From: Candidatus Gottesmanbacteria bacterium
Lineage (GTDB): Bacteria; Patescibacteriota; Microgenomatia; 2-02-FULL-39-11
Direction: 5' to 3'
DNA length: 64,000 bases
Assembly: GCA_016195685.1 (NCBI GenBank)
Contig: JACPZE010000002.1
Location: 4,177-68,176, forward strand
Shown here: positions 48,561 to 58,374 of the stretch, piece by piece
Layout: every line of letters starts with the position of its first letter
Position numbering within the stretch: position 1 is the first letter of the stretch
Position numbers and translations under genes: made by a program
The notes under the pieces: generated by a model
What the model was told of the DNA's origin: nothing
What the model saw: only the letters and a program-made list of their open reading frames with translations
The model's database searches: none

Positions 48561-50554
48561 TGAATATACTTTTACCTGATTCTTGGCTTCGGGAATATCT
48601 TAAAACAGATGCATCCCCTAAAGAGATAAAAGAATTCCTATCGCTTTGCGGACCATCTGTTGAAAGAATTGATCAAGTTGATACAGATTACGTTTATGAG
48701 ATTGAAATTACTTCAAATAGGGTAGATATGGCATCCGTCTATGGCATTGCCCGTGAAGCTGCAGCAATTCTACCAAGATTTAAAAAAGGTGCAAATCTCA
48801 AAACTTTAAAAGTTCGGCAATCCATTAAACCAAAAATTTCGTTACCGATGCAAATTTCCGATCCGCAAAAGATTTGTAATCGCATTATGGCGATTGTACT
48901 AGAAGTTGACCCGATGAAACCATCTCCAGATTTTATAAAAGACCGGATCGAGAAATCTGGCGTGCGCTCTTTGAATAATTTGGTTGATATTACCAATTAT
49001 GTCATGCTTGAGATTGGCCACCCAACCCACGTATTTGATTACGATAGGATAAAAACCCATTCCTTTTTAATTCGCAAAGCCCAAAAAAATGAACCCATCA
49101 TTACCCTTGATGGTAAAAAATATCTATTAGATCCTGAAGACGTAATTATAGATGATGGAACCGGAAGAGTGATCGATTTACCGGGAATAATGGGTACAGA
49201 AAATAGCGTGGTAAATAGTTCAACCAGAAGAATATTGTTTTTTATTGAATCGAATAATTCACTACTTATCCGAAAAACCTCTATGCGATACGGTATTCGC
49301 ACAGTAGCAGCAACAATTAATGAAAAGCATCCAGATCCGGAATTAGTAAAAACAGCATTATTACGGGGAATAGAATTATATCAAAAGCATGCGGCGGCAA
49401 AAGTTGCAAGTCAAGTAATCGATATTTATCCCAATAAGCCAACTCTTCCAAAGATAAAAGTGTCGACAGAATTTATCAATGACAGATTGGGGGTAGAGTT
49501 AAAAACTCAGGAAATAATTAATATTCTAAAATCATTATCATTTGACGTATTAAATAGTACTGACTTACTTATTACTCCACCCTCGTTTCGTCAATTTGAT
49601 GTCACGATCCCAGAGGATATAGTTGAGGAAGTCGCCCGCATTTATGGATATCATAACCTACCAAATAGACTCATGACGGGTGAAATCCCAATTACCGATA
49701 AGCCTAAGGATTTACCAATTGAGGCAAAAATCAAAACAATCTTAAAATACTGGGGTTATACTGAAACTTACCATTATTCTTTTGTCTCTAAATCCCTGAT
49801 TGCAAAAAGTGGACTTTCTCCAAAAGATCATCTCCGTGTAGCCAATCCCCTCACAGAAGAAATCGAATACATGCGAGGTTCGCTAGTCCCGTCAATGCTA
49901 GAAACAATTTCTAAAAATCAATACTATAAAAATAGTCTAAAGCTCTTTGAATTAGCTAAAGTCTACATCCCACAGAAGGGTAATTTGCCGCTGGAACCTT
50001 CTAGAGTCGTTATCGCTGAACAGACTGATTTTTATAAATTAAAGGGCACTGTTAACGCATTATTAAAAGAACTAGGCATGCCGGATTCTAAACTAGTACT
50101 AGAGAAAAATACTTTTTTTCACCCGCAGCAATCAGCTGGAGTAACTTTAAATGGCGATACATTTGCCATGATTGGTAAACTTCATCCATCATTAGCTTCT
50201 GCTTTTTCTCTAAAAGATGATTTATTTATCGCAAGTATAAATGTGGAAAACTTAGTAAAGCTTGCTAACCCTATAAAGCACTATACTCCTATTCCTCACT
50301 ACCCAGCGGTGATTGAGGATCTAACATTATTGCTTCAGCCTAAAACTCAAATAGAACTAATTAAGAGTGAAATTTATAAAGTTAGTCAGCTTGTAAAAAA
50401 TGTGGCAGCTCATGATCCATACCAAAACGCAATTACACTACGAATAACTTATCAGGATGAAAGCAAAAATCTGGAAAGTGCAGATATCAAGAAAGTTAGG
50501 GAACTGATTTTATCCACTCTAAAATCCCGATATAATATAATTTTGAAACAATAA
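48560..50554 (+). CDS. pheT: Phenylalanine--tRNA ligase beta subunit (lacks B2 OB-fold)
   Basis: ITSNRVD, VDITNYVMLE, DIVEEVARIYGY, NPL; 664 aa. Confidence 0.95.
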   Translation: MNILLPDSWLREYLKTDASPKEIKEFLSLCGPSVERIDQVDTDYVYEIEITSNRVDMASVYGIAREAAAILPRFKKGANLKTLKVRQSIKPKISLPMQISDPQKICNRIMAIVLEVDPMKPSPDFIKDRIEKSGVRSLNNLVDITNYVMLEIGHPTHVFDYDRIKTHSFLIRKAQKNEPIITLDGKKYLLDPEDVIIDDGTGRVIDLPGIMGTENSVVNSSTRRILFFIESNNSLLIRKTSMRYGIRTVAATINEKHPDPELVKTALLRGIELYQKHAAAKVASQVIDIYPNKPTLPKIKVSTEFINDRLGVELKTQEIINILKSLSFDVLNSTDLLITPPSFRQFDVTIPEDIVEEVARIYGYHNLPNRLMTGEIPITDKPKDLPIEAKIKTILKYWGYTETYHYSFVSKSLIAKSGLSPKDHLRVANPLTEEIEYMRGSLVPSMLETISKNQYYKNSLKLFELAKVYIPQKGNLPLEPSRVVIAEQTDFYKLKGTVNALLKELGMPDSKLVLEKNTFFHPQQSAGVTLNGDTFAMIGKLHPSLASAFSLKDDLFIASINVENLVKLANPIKHYTPIPHYPAVIEDLTLLLQPKTQIELIKSEIYKVSQLVKNVAAHDPYQNAITLRITYQDESKNLESADIKKVRELILSTLKSRYNIILKQ

Positions 50555-50558
50555 AATA

Positions 50559-51247
50559 CTATTTCCTTATTTGGTAGGTAATAATTATCGCTTCCGCAAT
50601 TTCTTTCATGGTTTTTCTTTCTTTAGTCGCTTGCTTCCTTATCATGTGATAAGCTTCATTTTCTGTAGTATCCATTTTTTCCATAAGTAGACCTTTTGCA
50701 CGACTTACGGCCTTTTGAGTCGCTACCGCCTCCTCTAAAGATTTAGTTTTATCAAGCAAATCCGCATGCTCAATGGCCCTGCCAATAAGTTTTCCGACCA
50801 TTTCCAAAGTTCTACCTGCTTTTTTGGATAAATATGAGGTTTTCTATGTTTTACGTTTAGTACGCCTACTATCACCGAACCACTTATAATCGGAACAGAT
50901 AAAAATGATTCAAATAGATCATCTGGTAAACCAATTACGCGTGAAAAACGAGGATCTTTTTGTGCTCGTTTCTCGATGATCACTGGCTTTCCGTGTTTAG
51001 CAACCCATCCTGTAATTCCTTCTCCAATCTTCATTTTTAATTTGCCGACAATTTTAAAATGAAGTTTAGAAGCTCGCAAAATTACGCTTTGCCCCTGTTC
51101 GTCTAATATATAAACTCCTGTTGAGTCGGCATTTGTGATTTTAGCAACCAAAGCATCTACTTTTGCCAATAATTCATCTGTTTCCAAAGATGAAATTGCT
51201 TCAATCACTTGATATAGCACCTCATGATTGTTTACGGCTTTTTTCAT
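50559..51247 (-). pseudogene. GAF-ANTAR regulator split by a frameshift near 50806-50825
   Basis: GAF ORF 51247-50735 (GEGITGWVA, SFLSVPI) overlaps ANTAR ORF 50807-50559 (SRAKGLLM...EAYHMIRKQA); one extra T joins them. Confidence 0.78.
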
Positions 51248-51287
51248 AAATTTGTGCGATTATAGCACATTTTGACTATCCGTGAAA

Positions 51288-53897
51288 TTACGGAGTAGGG
51301 GAAGGAGGAATTGCCGTGGGAGATGGAATAGGTGTAGAAGTAGCGGAATCGGGAGAAACCTTTACACCAATTGTAATCTGAGATTCTCCACTGTGGTTAT
51401 CGCTATCATATGCCCTCACTTTGATTTTATGAATTCCATCATCTACATGTAGAGTTGTATCAAATAAGCTAACACTATCTGTTTTTTTCAGACTGTCATC
51501 TACATAAATTTCCATTTTCTTAATATCTTTTAATGCTTTTGCGTCTGCCAAAATTTCAATATCATTACTGTCAATCTTGCTTTTATCTGAAGGTTGCTTT
51601 ATCCGCACCACCACATCGTTTTGATTATTACTGGATATATCTGACGGCGGATGGTAAATAGATTCTCCTTGTTTACTTACCCAGACATCTATACCTTCTT
51701 GCCACTGATTTTTACTATCCCTTGAAGTTGGATCGCTCTCAATAAACTTAATAAATTCTTGTTCATCATAGTTACCGGTAGCTATTTCAACCGGGTTTGC
51801 CAGCTTATTATGATCGTTTTTAGATAATTTAATCTTTTGATAAATAGGGGATATGGTCGTAGGTTCTGTACCTTTTATAAAATATTCATTTCTCGTAGGT
51901 TTACCCTCGTGGGGTAAACCTCCTCCAAAAGCATCTATCGTTAGAGATATAACATCACTTGGTGCTTTTAACTCTTCATTTCCTTTATTTTTCAATGCTT
52001 CCCTCATGACTCTATTCCAGATGGGCGCAGCTCCTGTGGCACCCGAAGCAAGTTTTGGGTTCATAACGGAATTATCATTATTTCCAACCCACACACCTAT
52101 AACTATCGATGGTGTGTATCCTACAGTCCAGTTATCTCTTTTATCATCCGTTGTCCCTGTTTTTACGGATACCGTCTTGCCTGGTATAACTAAATAACTG
52201 TTTGGGCCAAAAACATCTTTCCGTGCATCATTGTCAGAGAGAATATGTGATACCAAAAAGGTAACATCTTCTCCCAAAACTCGTCTACCAACTTGTGATT
52301 TTTTATCATAAAGAGTCTTGCCATTACTATCGGTGACTTTTAATATCGATACTAAATCATTTTTTATACCACCCGTGGCTAATACACCGTAGGCGGAAAC
52401 CAAATCCATTAGCCTCACTTCTGCACCACCCAAAGTAATTGATAATCCAAATTTTTCTACATTACTATCAGTGGGAGAAAGTGAGGATAAACCCATATCA
52501 TAAGCGTTTTTAAGGATATCTTTAATACCTACCAGCGCGGTTGTTTTTACTGCGGCAACATTGATAGAATTTCCTAATGCATACCGTATTTGTATAGGTC
52601 CTCGGAATTTATTATCATAATTTTTAGGGATGTAGTCAGGCTTGCCAGCGCCGCCGGGAAAATGGGTTTCCACATCCATCAAAACAGATGCAGGGGTATA
52701 ACCTTTCGAAAAAGCTACCGCATAAGTGATCGGCTTTAAAGCACTACCGGGTTGTCGGTAAGCCTGACTAACAACATCATACTTACCTTGAAAATCAGTA
52801 TCGGTTGAATCATATTCACGGCTTCCAACGTAGGCTAAAATTTCTCCTGATTGAGGGTTAATAGCAAATGCTCCACCATTACTTACCTTTAAATCTTTTA
52901 TTTTATCCAACTCTTCTTTCATCACTTTTTCTGATAACCTTTGCAGATCACTGTCCAATGTCGTAATTACTCGTAAACCACCATTTTCTACTTGTTTATC
53001 GCCGAACATATCTGTAAGCAATTTTTTCACATACAAAACGAAGTGCGGCGCTATAAATTGACCACCGGAGCTAGCGAATTTCACATTTCCTAAGTCATTT
53101 TTTATACTTAGTTCTTCTTTTTGTGAAATATAACCATCCGCAGTTAACCTGGCTAAAACTTCCTCAGCGCGAGTTTTATATGCATTCGCATTAACTGAAA
53201 AGGGAGAGTAGTAAGATGGCCTTTGTGGAAGTCCTGCGAGTATTATTGATTCTGTTGGCGTTAAATCTTTGGCGTGTTTACCAAAATAACCCTCCGCGGC
53301 CGCTTCTATACCCCACATTGTCCCACCATAAGGAGCTTCATTTAAATACATTTGTAATATTTCATCCTTGCTGTATTTTCTTTCAATTTGGACGGCTAAA
53401 ATAAATTCCTTGATTTTTCGTGGAAGAGTACGTTCGGAAGTAAGTAAGACATTTTTGACAAGCTGCTGTGTAAGAGTAGATCCACCCTGCAAACCGCGAA
53501 ATGTAATTATGCTAAAAAGCGCCCTTAAGAGTCCTCTTGGATCAAATCCTTGATGTTTGTAAAAATCTTTATCCTCTATAGAAATCGTTGCCTTCTTGAC
53601 TGCTTCAGGAATATCGGAAAAAGATATTGGAATACGATTTTTATCTGTAAAAATATCATAAACTGGTTTCTCATTGCGATCCAAAATCACCGTAGAAAAC
53701 CCTTGATGCTGCTTTACTTTATCCGGATAGGGTAAATCCCGAGAATACCAGATAAATAGAATTACTGTTAATAAAAATAACCCGATTACCCCAATTATGA
53801 CCATAGAAGTCAAACTGTTTACCAGTCGAAGTCTAACTAAACGTGCCCTGTATGGATTTGAATTTTGAATACGAAATCTGCGAAATGTAAGTGCCAT
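51288..53897 (-). CDS. Class A penicillin-binding protein (PBP1A family) with C-terminal Ig-like domain and Pro/Thr tail
   Basis: EDKDFYKHQG, GGSTLTQQLVKN, RQPGSALK, SIN, KTGTT. Confidence 0.95.
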   Translation of the reverse strand: MALTFRRFRIQNSNPYRARLVRLRLVNSLTSMVIIGVIGLFLLTVILFIWYSRDLPYPDKVKQHQGFSTVILDRNEKPVYDIFTDKNRIPISFSDIPEAVKKATISIEDKDFYKHQGFDPRGLLRALFSIITFRGLQGGSTLTQQLVKNVLLTSERTLPRKIKEFILAVQIERKYSKDEILQMYLNEAPYGGTMWGIEAAAEGYFGKHAKDLTPTESIILAGLPQRPSYYSPFSVNANAYKTRAEEVLARLTADGYISQKEELSIKNDLGNVKFASSGGQFIAPHFVLYVKKLLTDMFGDKQVENGGLRVITTLDSDLQRLSEKVMKEELDKIKDLKVSNGGAFAINPQSGEILAYVGSREYDSTDTDFQGKYDVVSQAYRQPGSALKPITYAVAFSKGYTPASVLMDVETHFPGGAGKPDYIPKNYDNKFRGPIQIRYALGNSINVAAVKTTALVGIKDILKNAYDMGLSSLSPTDSNVEKFGLSITLGGAEVRLMDLVSAYGVLATGGIKNDLVSILKVTDSNGKTLYDKKSQVGRRVLGEDVTFLVSHILSDNDARKDVFGPNSYLVIPGKTVSVKTGTTDDKRDNWTVGYTPSIVIGVWVGNNDNSVMNPKLASGATGAAPIWNRVMREALKNKGNEELKAPSDVISLTIDAFGGGLPHEGKPTRNEYFIKGTEPTTISPIYQKIKLSKNDHNKLANPVEIATGNYDEQEFIKFIESDPTSRDSKNQWQEGIDVWVSKQGESIYHPPSDISSNNQNDVVVRIKQPSDKSKIDSNDIEILADAKALKDIKKMEIYVDDSLKKTDSVSLFDTTLHVDDGIHKIKVRAYDSDNHSGESQITIGVKVSPDSATSTPIPSPTAIPPSPTP

Positions 53898-53967
53898 CTA
53901 CTTAAAGTGTAGCAAAAAGTGCTTCTCCCGCGCAACTTTTTGATATTTAAGATAAAATACTATAAAT

Positions 53968-54693
53968 ATGAAAACTGTTTATAACCATAATTTATTTGCT
54001 GGAATAAATAAAAATCCATATTTTTTCAGTAATTTTGTCATGACCATTGATGGCAAAGTCCAAGTAGGTGATAAAACCGGAAAATTATATTGGCCGATCG
54101 GAAGTAAATTAGATCATGATACTTTACTTTGGCTACGAGCGCATGCTGATGTGTTAATCCATGGGAAAAATACAGCAATCGGATTTAATACACTCCAAAC
54201 TTTGTCAAGAAAAGAATTTAAAGATAAAAGGAAAAGTCTAAGAAAAGAAAAAAGTTTAGTTTATATGGTAATTAGTAACCATCCGGATGATCGATTATTT
54301 CAATCTCTATCCAATCCACCAAAAGGAGTACTGTCTATTTTAGTAACCTCCAATCAATTTCACCAACTGCAACTCCAAGGATTGAAGCGGGTGGGTATAG
54401 AAAAAATAGGTATGGGCAAAGTTGATCTACACTCATTAACTCATTATTTCAAGAAAAATAATCTGCAAAAAATTCTCATCGAAGGAGGCCCAACATTATT
54501 TGGATCGTTTTTAAAAGAAAATCTGGTTGATGAAATGTTTGTGACCATTGCCCCTAAAATATTTGGGAGTGTTGAAAAAAGTACCAAGACTATGGTTGAA
54601 AATTATCTTTTCCCGCCAAATAAGGTTCCGAAGTTTAAGCTTGTATCCACTCAAGTCATAGATAATGAACTTTACTTAAGATACCGTAAATAG
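53968..54693 (+). CDS. Stand-alone RibD C-terminal/DHFR-like reductase
   Basis: MTIDGK, LRAHADVLIHG, IEGGPTL, DEMFVTIAP. Confidence 0.85.
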   Translation: MKTVYNHNLFAGINKNPYFFSNFVMTIDGKVQVGDKTGKLYWPIGSKLDHDTLLWLRAHADVLIHGKNTAIGFNTLQTLSRKEFKDKRKSLRKEKSLVYMVISNHPDDRLFQSLSNPPKGVLSILVTSNQFHQLQLQGLKRVGIEKIGMGKVDLHSLTHYFKKNNLQKILIEGGPTLFGSFLKENLVDEMFVTIAPKIFGSVEKSTKTMVENYLFPPNKVPKFKLVSTQVIDNELYLRYRK

Positions 54694-54733
54694 AAGCTAG
54701 TCAGAATCAGGAATTCTTGTTATACTATCATCC

Positions 54734-55930
54734 ATGGATAAAATTGATGAATTGTTAATCAGGGGAGTAGATAAAATATACCCTTCCAAAGAGGCTTTCG
54801 AGAAAGTCCTACGATCAGGAAAAAAAATAAGTCTTTACCAGGGTTTTGATCCTTCTGGCATCCAACTCCATATTGGTCATATGATTGGATTGCGAAAATT
54901 ATCCCAATTCCAACAACTTGGTCATCGGGTAATTTTTTTAATTGGGGATTTTACAGGAATGATCGGGGATCCAAGTGGAAAATTATCTACCCGGAAAGCT
55001 CTAACTAAAGAGCAAGTTCTATCGAATGCAAAAGACTATGTAAATCAAGTAAAAAAAATTTTGGATTTTAATGGCAAAAATCCAGTAGAGGTAAAATTTA
55101 ACTCTAAATGGTTAAGTAAACTTACTTTTGCTGACATCATACAATTAACCAGTTTCTTTACCGCCCAACAAATGATTGAAAGAGATATGTTTCAGGAAAG
55201 ACTTAAGGCTGGTAAAGAAATAAGTTTAACAGAATTTTTATATCCGGTTATGGTCGCATATGATGCAGCAGAAATGAACGTAGATCTGGAGATTGGTGGA
55301 ACTGACCAAACTTTCAATATGATTGCAGGCCGAAAACTTATAGAACACATGCGGCATAAAGAGAAATTTGTATTAACTGTACCACTTTTGACGGATAGTT
55401 CTGGCCGCAAAATCGGCAAGACAGAAGGTAACGTGATCGCGCTAACCGCTGCACCTAATGATTTTTATGGAATGGTCATGAGTTTACCCGACGATGTAAT
55501 TGCTAAATCGTTTGAATTTATTACTGATCTACCAATGAATCAAGTCGAACAAATAAAAAAAGACCTTAAATCAAGCAAGAATCCAATGCAGTATAAAAAA
55601 TTGCTGGCCTTTACTTTGACAAAAATGTTGAATAATGAAGAAAAAGCAAAGAAAGCCCAAAAGGAATTCGAGAGAGTTTTTCAAAAAAGATTAAATCCTA
55701 CAGCTCCTTTCGAAAAAGAAATTCTTAATGGATCTTACTCCATTACAGAACTTATTTATTATTCTGGATTAACGACAAGTAAATCTCAAGCAAAAAGGTT
55801 AATTGAAGAAGGCGCAGTAGAGCTGGACGGGAAAAGAATTACAGATACTAATTTTAAAGCTATATTAATGAAAGACAAACCTTTATTATTAAAAGTCGGA
55901 AGAAAATTTATAAAAGTTTTACCGAATTAA
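54734..55930 (+). CDS. tyrS: Tyrosine--tRNA ligase
   Basis: GFDPS, HIGH, GGTDQ, KIGKT, C-terminal S4 domain. Confidence 0.97.
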   Translation: MDKIDELLIRGVDKIYPSKEAFEKVLRSGKKISLYQGFDPSGIQLHIGHMIGLRKLSQFQQLGHRVIFLIGDFTGMIGDPSGKLSTRKALTKEQVLSNAKDYVNQVKKILDFNGKNPVEVKFNSKWLSKLTFADIIQLTSFFTAQQMIERDMFQERLKAGKEISLTEFLYPVMVAYDAAEMNVDLEIGGTDQTFNMIAGRKLIEHMRHKEKFVLTVPLLTDSSGRKIGKTEGNVIALTAAPNDFYGMVMSLPDDVIAKSFEFITDLPMNQVEQIKKDLKSSKNPMQYKKLLAFTLTKMLNNEEKAKKAQKEFERVFQKRLNPTAPFEKEILNGSYSITELIYYSGLTTSKSQAKRLIEEGAVELDGKRITDTNFKAILMKDKPLLLKVGRKFIKVLPN

Positions 55931-55944
55931 CTTTTTCCCAAACT

Positions 55945-56049
55945 ATGAATTTTTTCAGAAAACATAAAAAATTTTGGACTGTAATCGTCATAATTTCATC
56001 TTTAGCACTAGTCGTTAGTTCTTTATCATCACTTCTATTACTGCGCTAA
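55945..56049 (+). CDS. 34-aa single-pass membrane microprotein MNFFRKHKKFWTVIVIISSLALVVSSLSSLLLLR
   Basis: Fills the tyrS-recG gap; basic N-terminus followed by a hydrophobic helix. Confidence 0.65.
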   Translation: MNFFRKHKKFWTVIVIISSLALVVSSLSSLLLLR

Positions 56050-56059
56050 AGACACTGTT

Positions 56060-58117
56060 ATGGTGGATTTAAATACTCCGGTAAATCAACTGATCATGGT
56101 GGGACCGATTTATGGAGCTAAATTGAGTAAATTAGGCATAAAAACCATAGAAGATCTTCTTTTTCATATACCTTTTCGCTATGAAAACTATTCAAACGTT
56201 TCTACAATACGGAATCTCCAAGTCGGTGAAAAAGTTAGTACAACAGCAACGATCGCATCATTTGAGAATATTTACACCAAATACGGTAAAAGGATTCAAA
56301 AGGCGAAAATATCAGATGCAACAGGGGAAATAGAGGTGACTTGGTACAATCAGCCATTTTTGAAAAATATATTTCACCCGGGAGTTAAACTGTCTCTTTC
56401 AGGAGAAGTGAAATGGTTTGGAAAAAATTTGACCTTTGTTTCACCGGAATATGAAATATTAAAACCGGGTATTCCTCCAATACATACCGGCAGATTGGTT
56501 CCTGTTTATCCAGAAACAGAAGGCTTGTCTTCAAAATGGCTCAGGTCAAGGATAAATGTGGTTTTGACTAAATTATTTCCGCAAATTCCTGAAATGTTAC
56601 CAACCAATTTCTTATCAAGATTTAACTTAATCTCAAGAAAAGAAGCAATCTATAAAATCCATTTTCCTCAAAACTATGAAGACATTGAGGCAAGCAAAAG
56701 AAGGCTATCTTTTGATGAGCTTTTGATTTTGCAATGGGCTGCTGACATACGGAAGAAAGAATTTAACCAAAAAACAGTTGGACATAAATTTGAAGTAGAA
56801 AAATTTAAAAAAGAAGTTGATGAATTTATCCAAAATCTTCCTTTTAGACTCACTGAGGATCAAAAAAAAGCCGTAGCTGAAATTATTTCTGATTTAGAAA
56901 AAACCAAACCCATGAACAGACTCCTCGAAGGTGATGTTGGTTCGGGAAAAACAGTAGTTGCCGCAATTTCGATGTATTTAACTTATCTGAATGGTTATAA
57001 ATCGGTACTTTTGGCTCCAACCGAAATATTGGCTCAACAACATTATCAAACTGTCTCCCAACTTTTATCACCTTATAAAATTAAATTAGGACTTATTACT
57101 GCATCTAATCGTATTAAAAGACAAAAGAATGAGGATTTATCCAAATTCAATATTTATATTGGTACTCATGCTTTGCTTTCGGAAAAATTAAAAATTGATG
57201 ATCTGGGACTAATCGTGATAGACGAGCAACAAAAATTCGGAGTAGAACAAAGAGCAATTCTCCGTGATAAGGGTAAAAATCCTCATGTACTCATACTGAC
57301 AGCTACCCCAATTCCCAGAACTATTGCTCTCACCTTATATGCAGATCTGGATTTATCGGTTATTGAAGAAATGCCATCCGGACGGCAAAAAATAAAAACT
57401 TGGGTTGTGCCAGCAGAAAAAAGAAATTCCGCCTATATTTGGATAGAGAAGCAAATTAAACATTCTGATTTTAAACAGCAGGCGTTTATAATTTGTCCAT
57501 TTATTGAAGAATCCGAAAGCTTAGAAACTGTAAGAGCAGCAAAGACAGAATTTGAAAAATTGCAGAAGGAAATTTTTCCAGCTTTGCATCTGGGGCTTCT
57601 ACATGGAAAGCTAACTACAACTCAAAAGCAAAAAGTTATGGCGCAATTTAAAAATGGAAAAATTGACATATTGGTATCAACACCCGTTGTAGAAGTTGGA
57701 ATAGATGTACCCACAGCTACTATAATGATGATCGAGGCGGCTGATCGTTTTGGACTGGCCCAGCTTCATCAATTGCGGGGAAGAGTTGGACGGGGAAATC
57801 TCCAGTCTTATTGCTTACTTTTTACCGAATCAGAAAATACAAAAACTATCGACAGATTAAAAATATTGGAAAGAGTTTTTAATGGACCGAAACTTTCGGA
57901 ATATGATCTAAAACTAAGGGGGGCAGGCGAGATATTCGGTACAAGACAACACGGCCATTTCGGATTAAAATTTGCAGATATTACCGATTTGGTTTTAATC
58001 GAAGAAACAAAACAAGCGGCTAAAATTCTTGCAGAAATCGATCCTGACCTTTCACAAGTTTCCCTCTTGAAAGAAGAAGTCCAAAAATATACAATAGCAA
58101 AAGTATCACCAGACTAG
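56060..58117 (+). CDS. recG: ATP-dependent DNA helicase RecG
   Basis: MNRLLEGDVGSGKT, DEQQKFG, TATPIPRT, HQLRGRVGR. Confidence 0.97.
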   Translation: MVDLNTPVNQLIMVGPIYGAKLSKLGIKTIEDLLFHIPFRYENYSNVSTIRNLQVGEKVSTTATIASFENIYTKYGKRIQKAKISDATGEIEVTWYNQPFLKNIFHPGVKLSLSGEVKWFGKNLTFVSPEYEILKPGIPPIHTGRLVPVYPETEGLSSKWLRSRINVVLTKLFPQIPEMLPTNFLSRFNLISRKEAIYKIHFPQNYEDIEASKRRLSFDELLILQWAADIRKKEFNQKTVGHKFEVEKFKKEVDEFIQNLPFRLTEDQKKAVAEIISDLEKTKPMNRLLEGDVGSGKTVVAAISMYLTYLNGYKSVLLAPTEILAQQHYQTVSQLLSPYKIKLGLITASNRIKRQKNEDLSKFNIYIGTHALLSEKLKIDDLGLIVIDEQQKFGVEQRAILRDKGKNPHVLILTATPIPRTIALTLYADLDLSVIEEMPSGRQKIKTWVVPAEKRNSAYIWIEKQIKHSDFKQQAFIICPFIEESESLETVRAAKTEFEKLQKEIFPALHLGLLHGKLTTTQKQKVMAQFKNGKIDILVSTPVVEVGIDVPTATIMMIEAADRFGLAQLHQLRGRVGRGNLQSYCLLFTESENTKTIDRLKILERVFNGPKLSEYDLKLRGAGEIFGTRQHGHFGLKFADITDLVLIEETKQAAKILAEIDPDLSQVSLLKEEVQKYTIAKVSPD

Positions 58118-58123
58118 GATAAA

Positions 58124-58209
58124 GTTAATTAGCGAATTAGTTAATTTGTTAATTAGTTACTTAGCAGAAGTAATTACTAACTAACCAATTAACTAAGTAT
58201 CTAAATAAC
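58124..58209. repeat. Inverted array of degenerate octamers (GTTAATTA-type)
   Basis: Five forward units, a short spacer, then four to five reverse-complement units. Confidence 0.7.
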
Positions 58210-58215
58210 TATATT

Positions 58216-58374
58216 ATGGCTCCACTACCAAAAAGAAGACACTCAACAAGAAGACAAGGAAAACGGGAAAAAGCAAATCTGAAAGCAAAATTACCCGTCC
58301 TTAACACGTGCCCTAAATGTGGCACCAAGAAACTACCTCATCGAGTTTGTCCCAAGTGTGGATTTTATAAATGA
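58216..58374 (+). CDS. rpmF: 50S ribosomal protein bL32 (Zn-ribbon form)
   Basis: Not in the ORF track; MAPLPKRRHS...CPKCG...PHRVCPKCGFYK. Confidence 0.95.
   Translation: MAPLPKRRHSTRRQGKREKANLKAKLPVLNTCPKCGTKKLPHRVCPKCGFYK

Noticed and set aside
54355-54395. Possible hairpin insertion in the RibD-like gene (CAACTCCAAGGATTG)
   Set aside because: Pairing is too short and imperfect to support without an alignment
58124-58209. CRISPR array or replication-origin iterons
   Set aside because: Units are 8 bp without spacers; no cas genes, dnaA or DnaA-box cluster nearby
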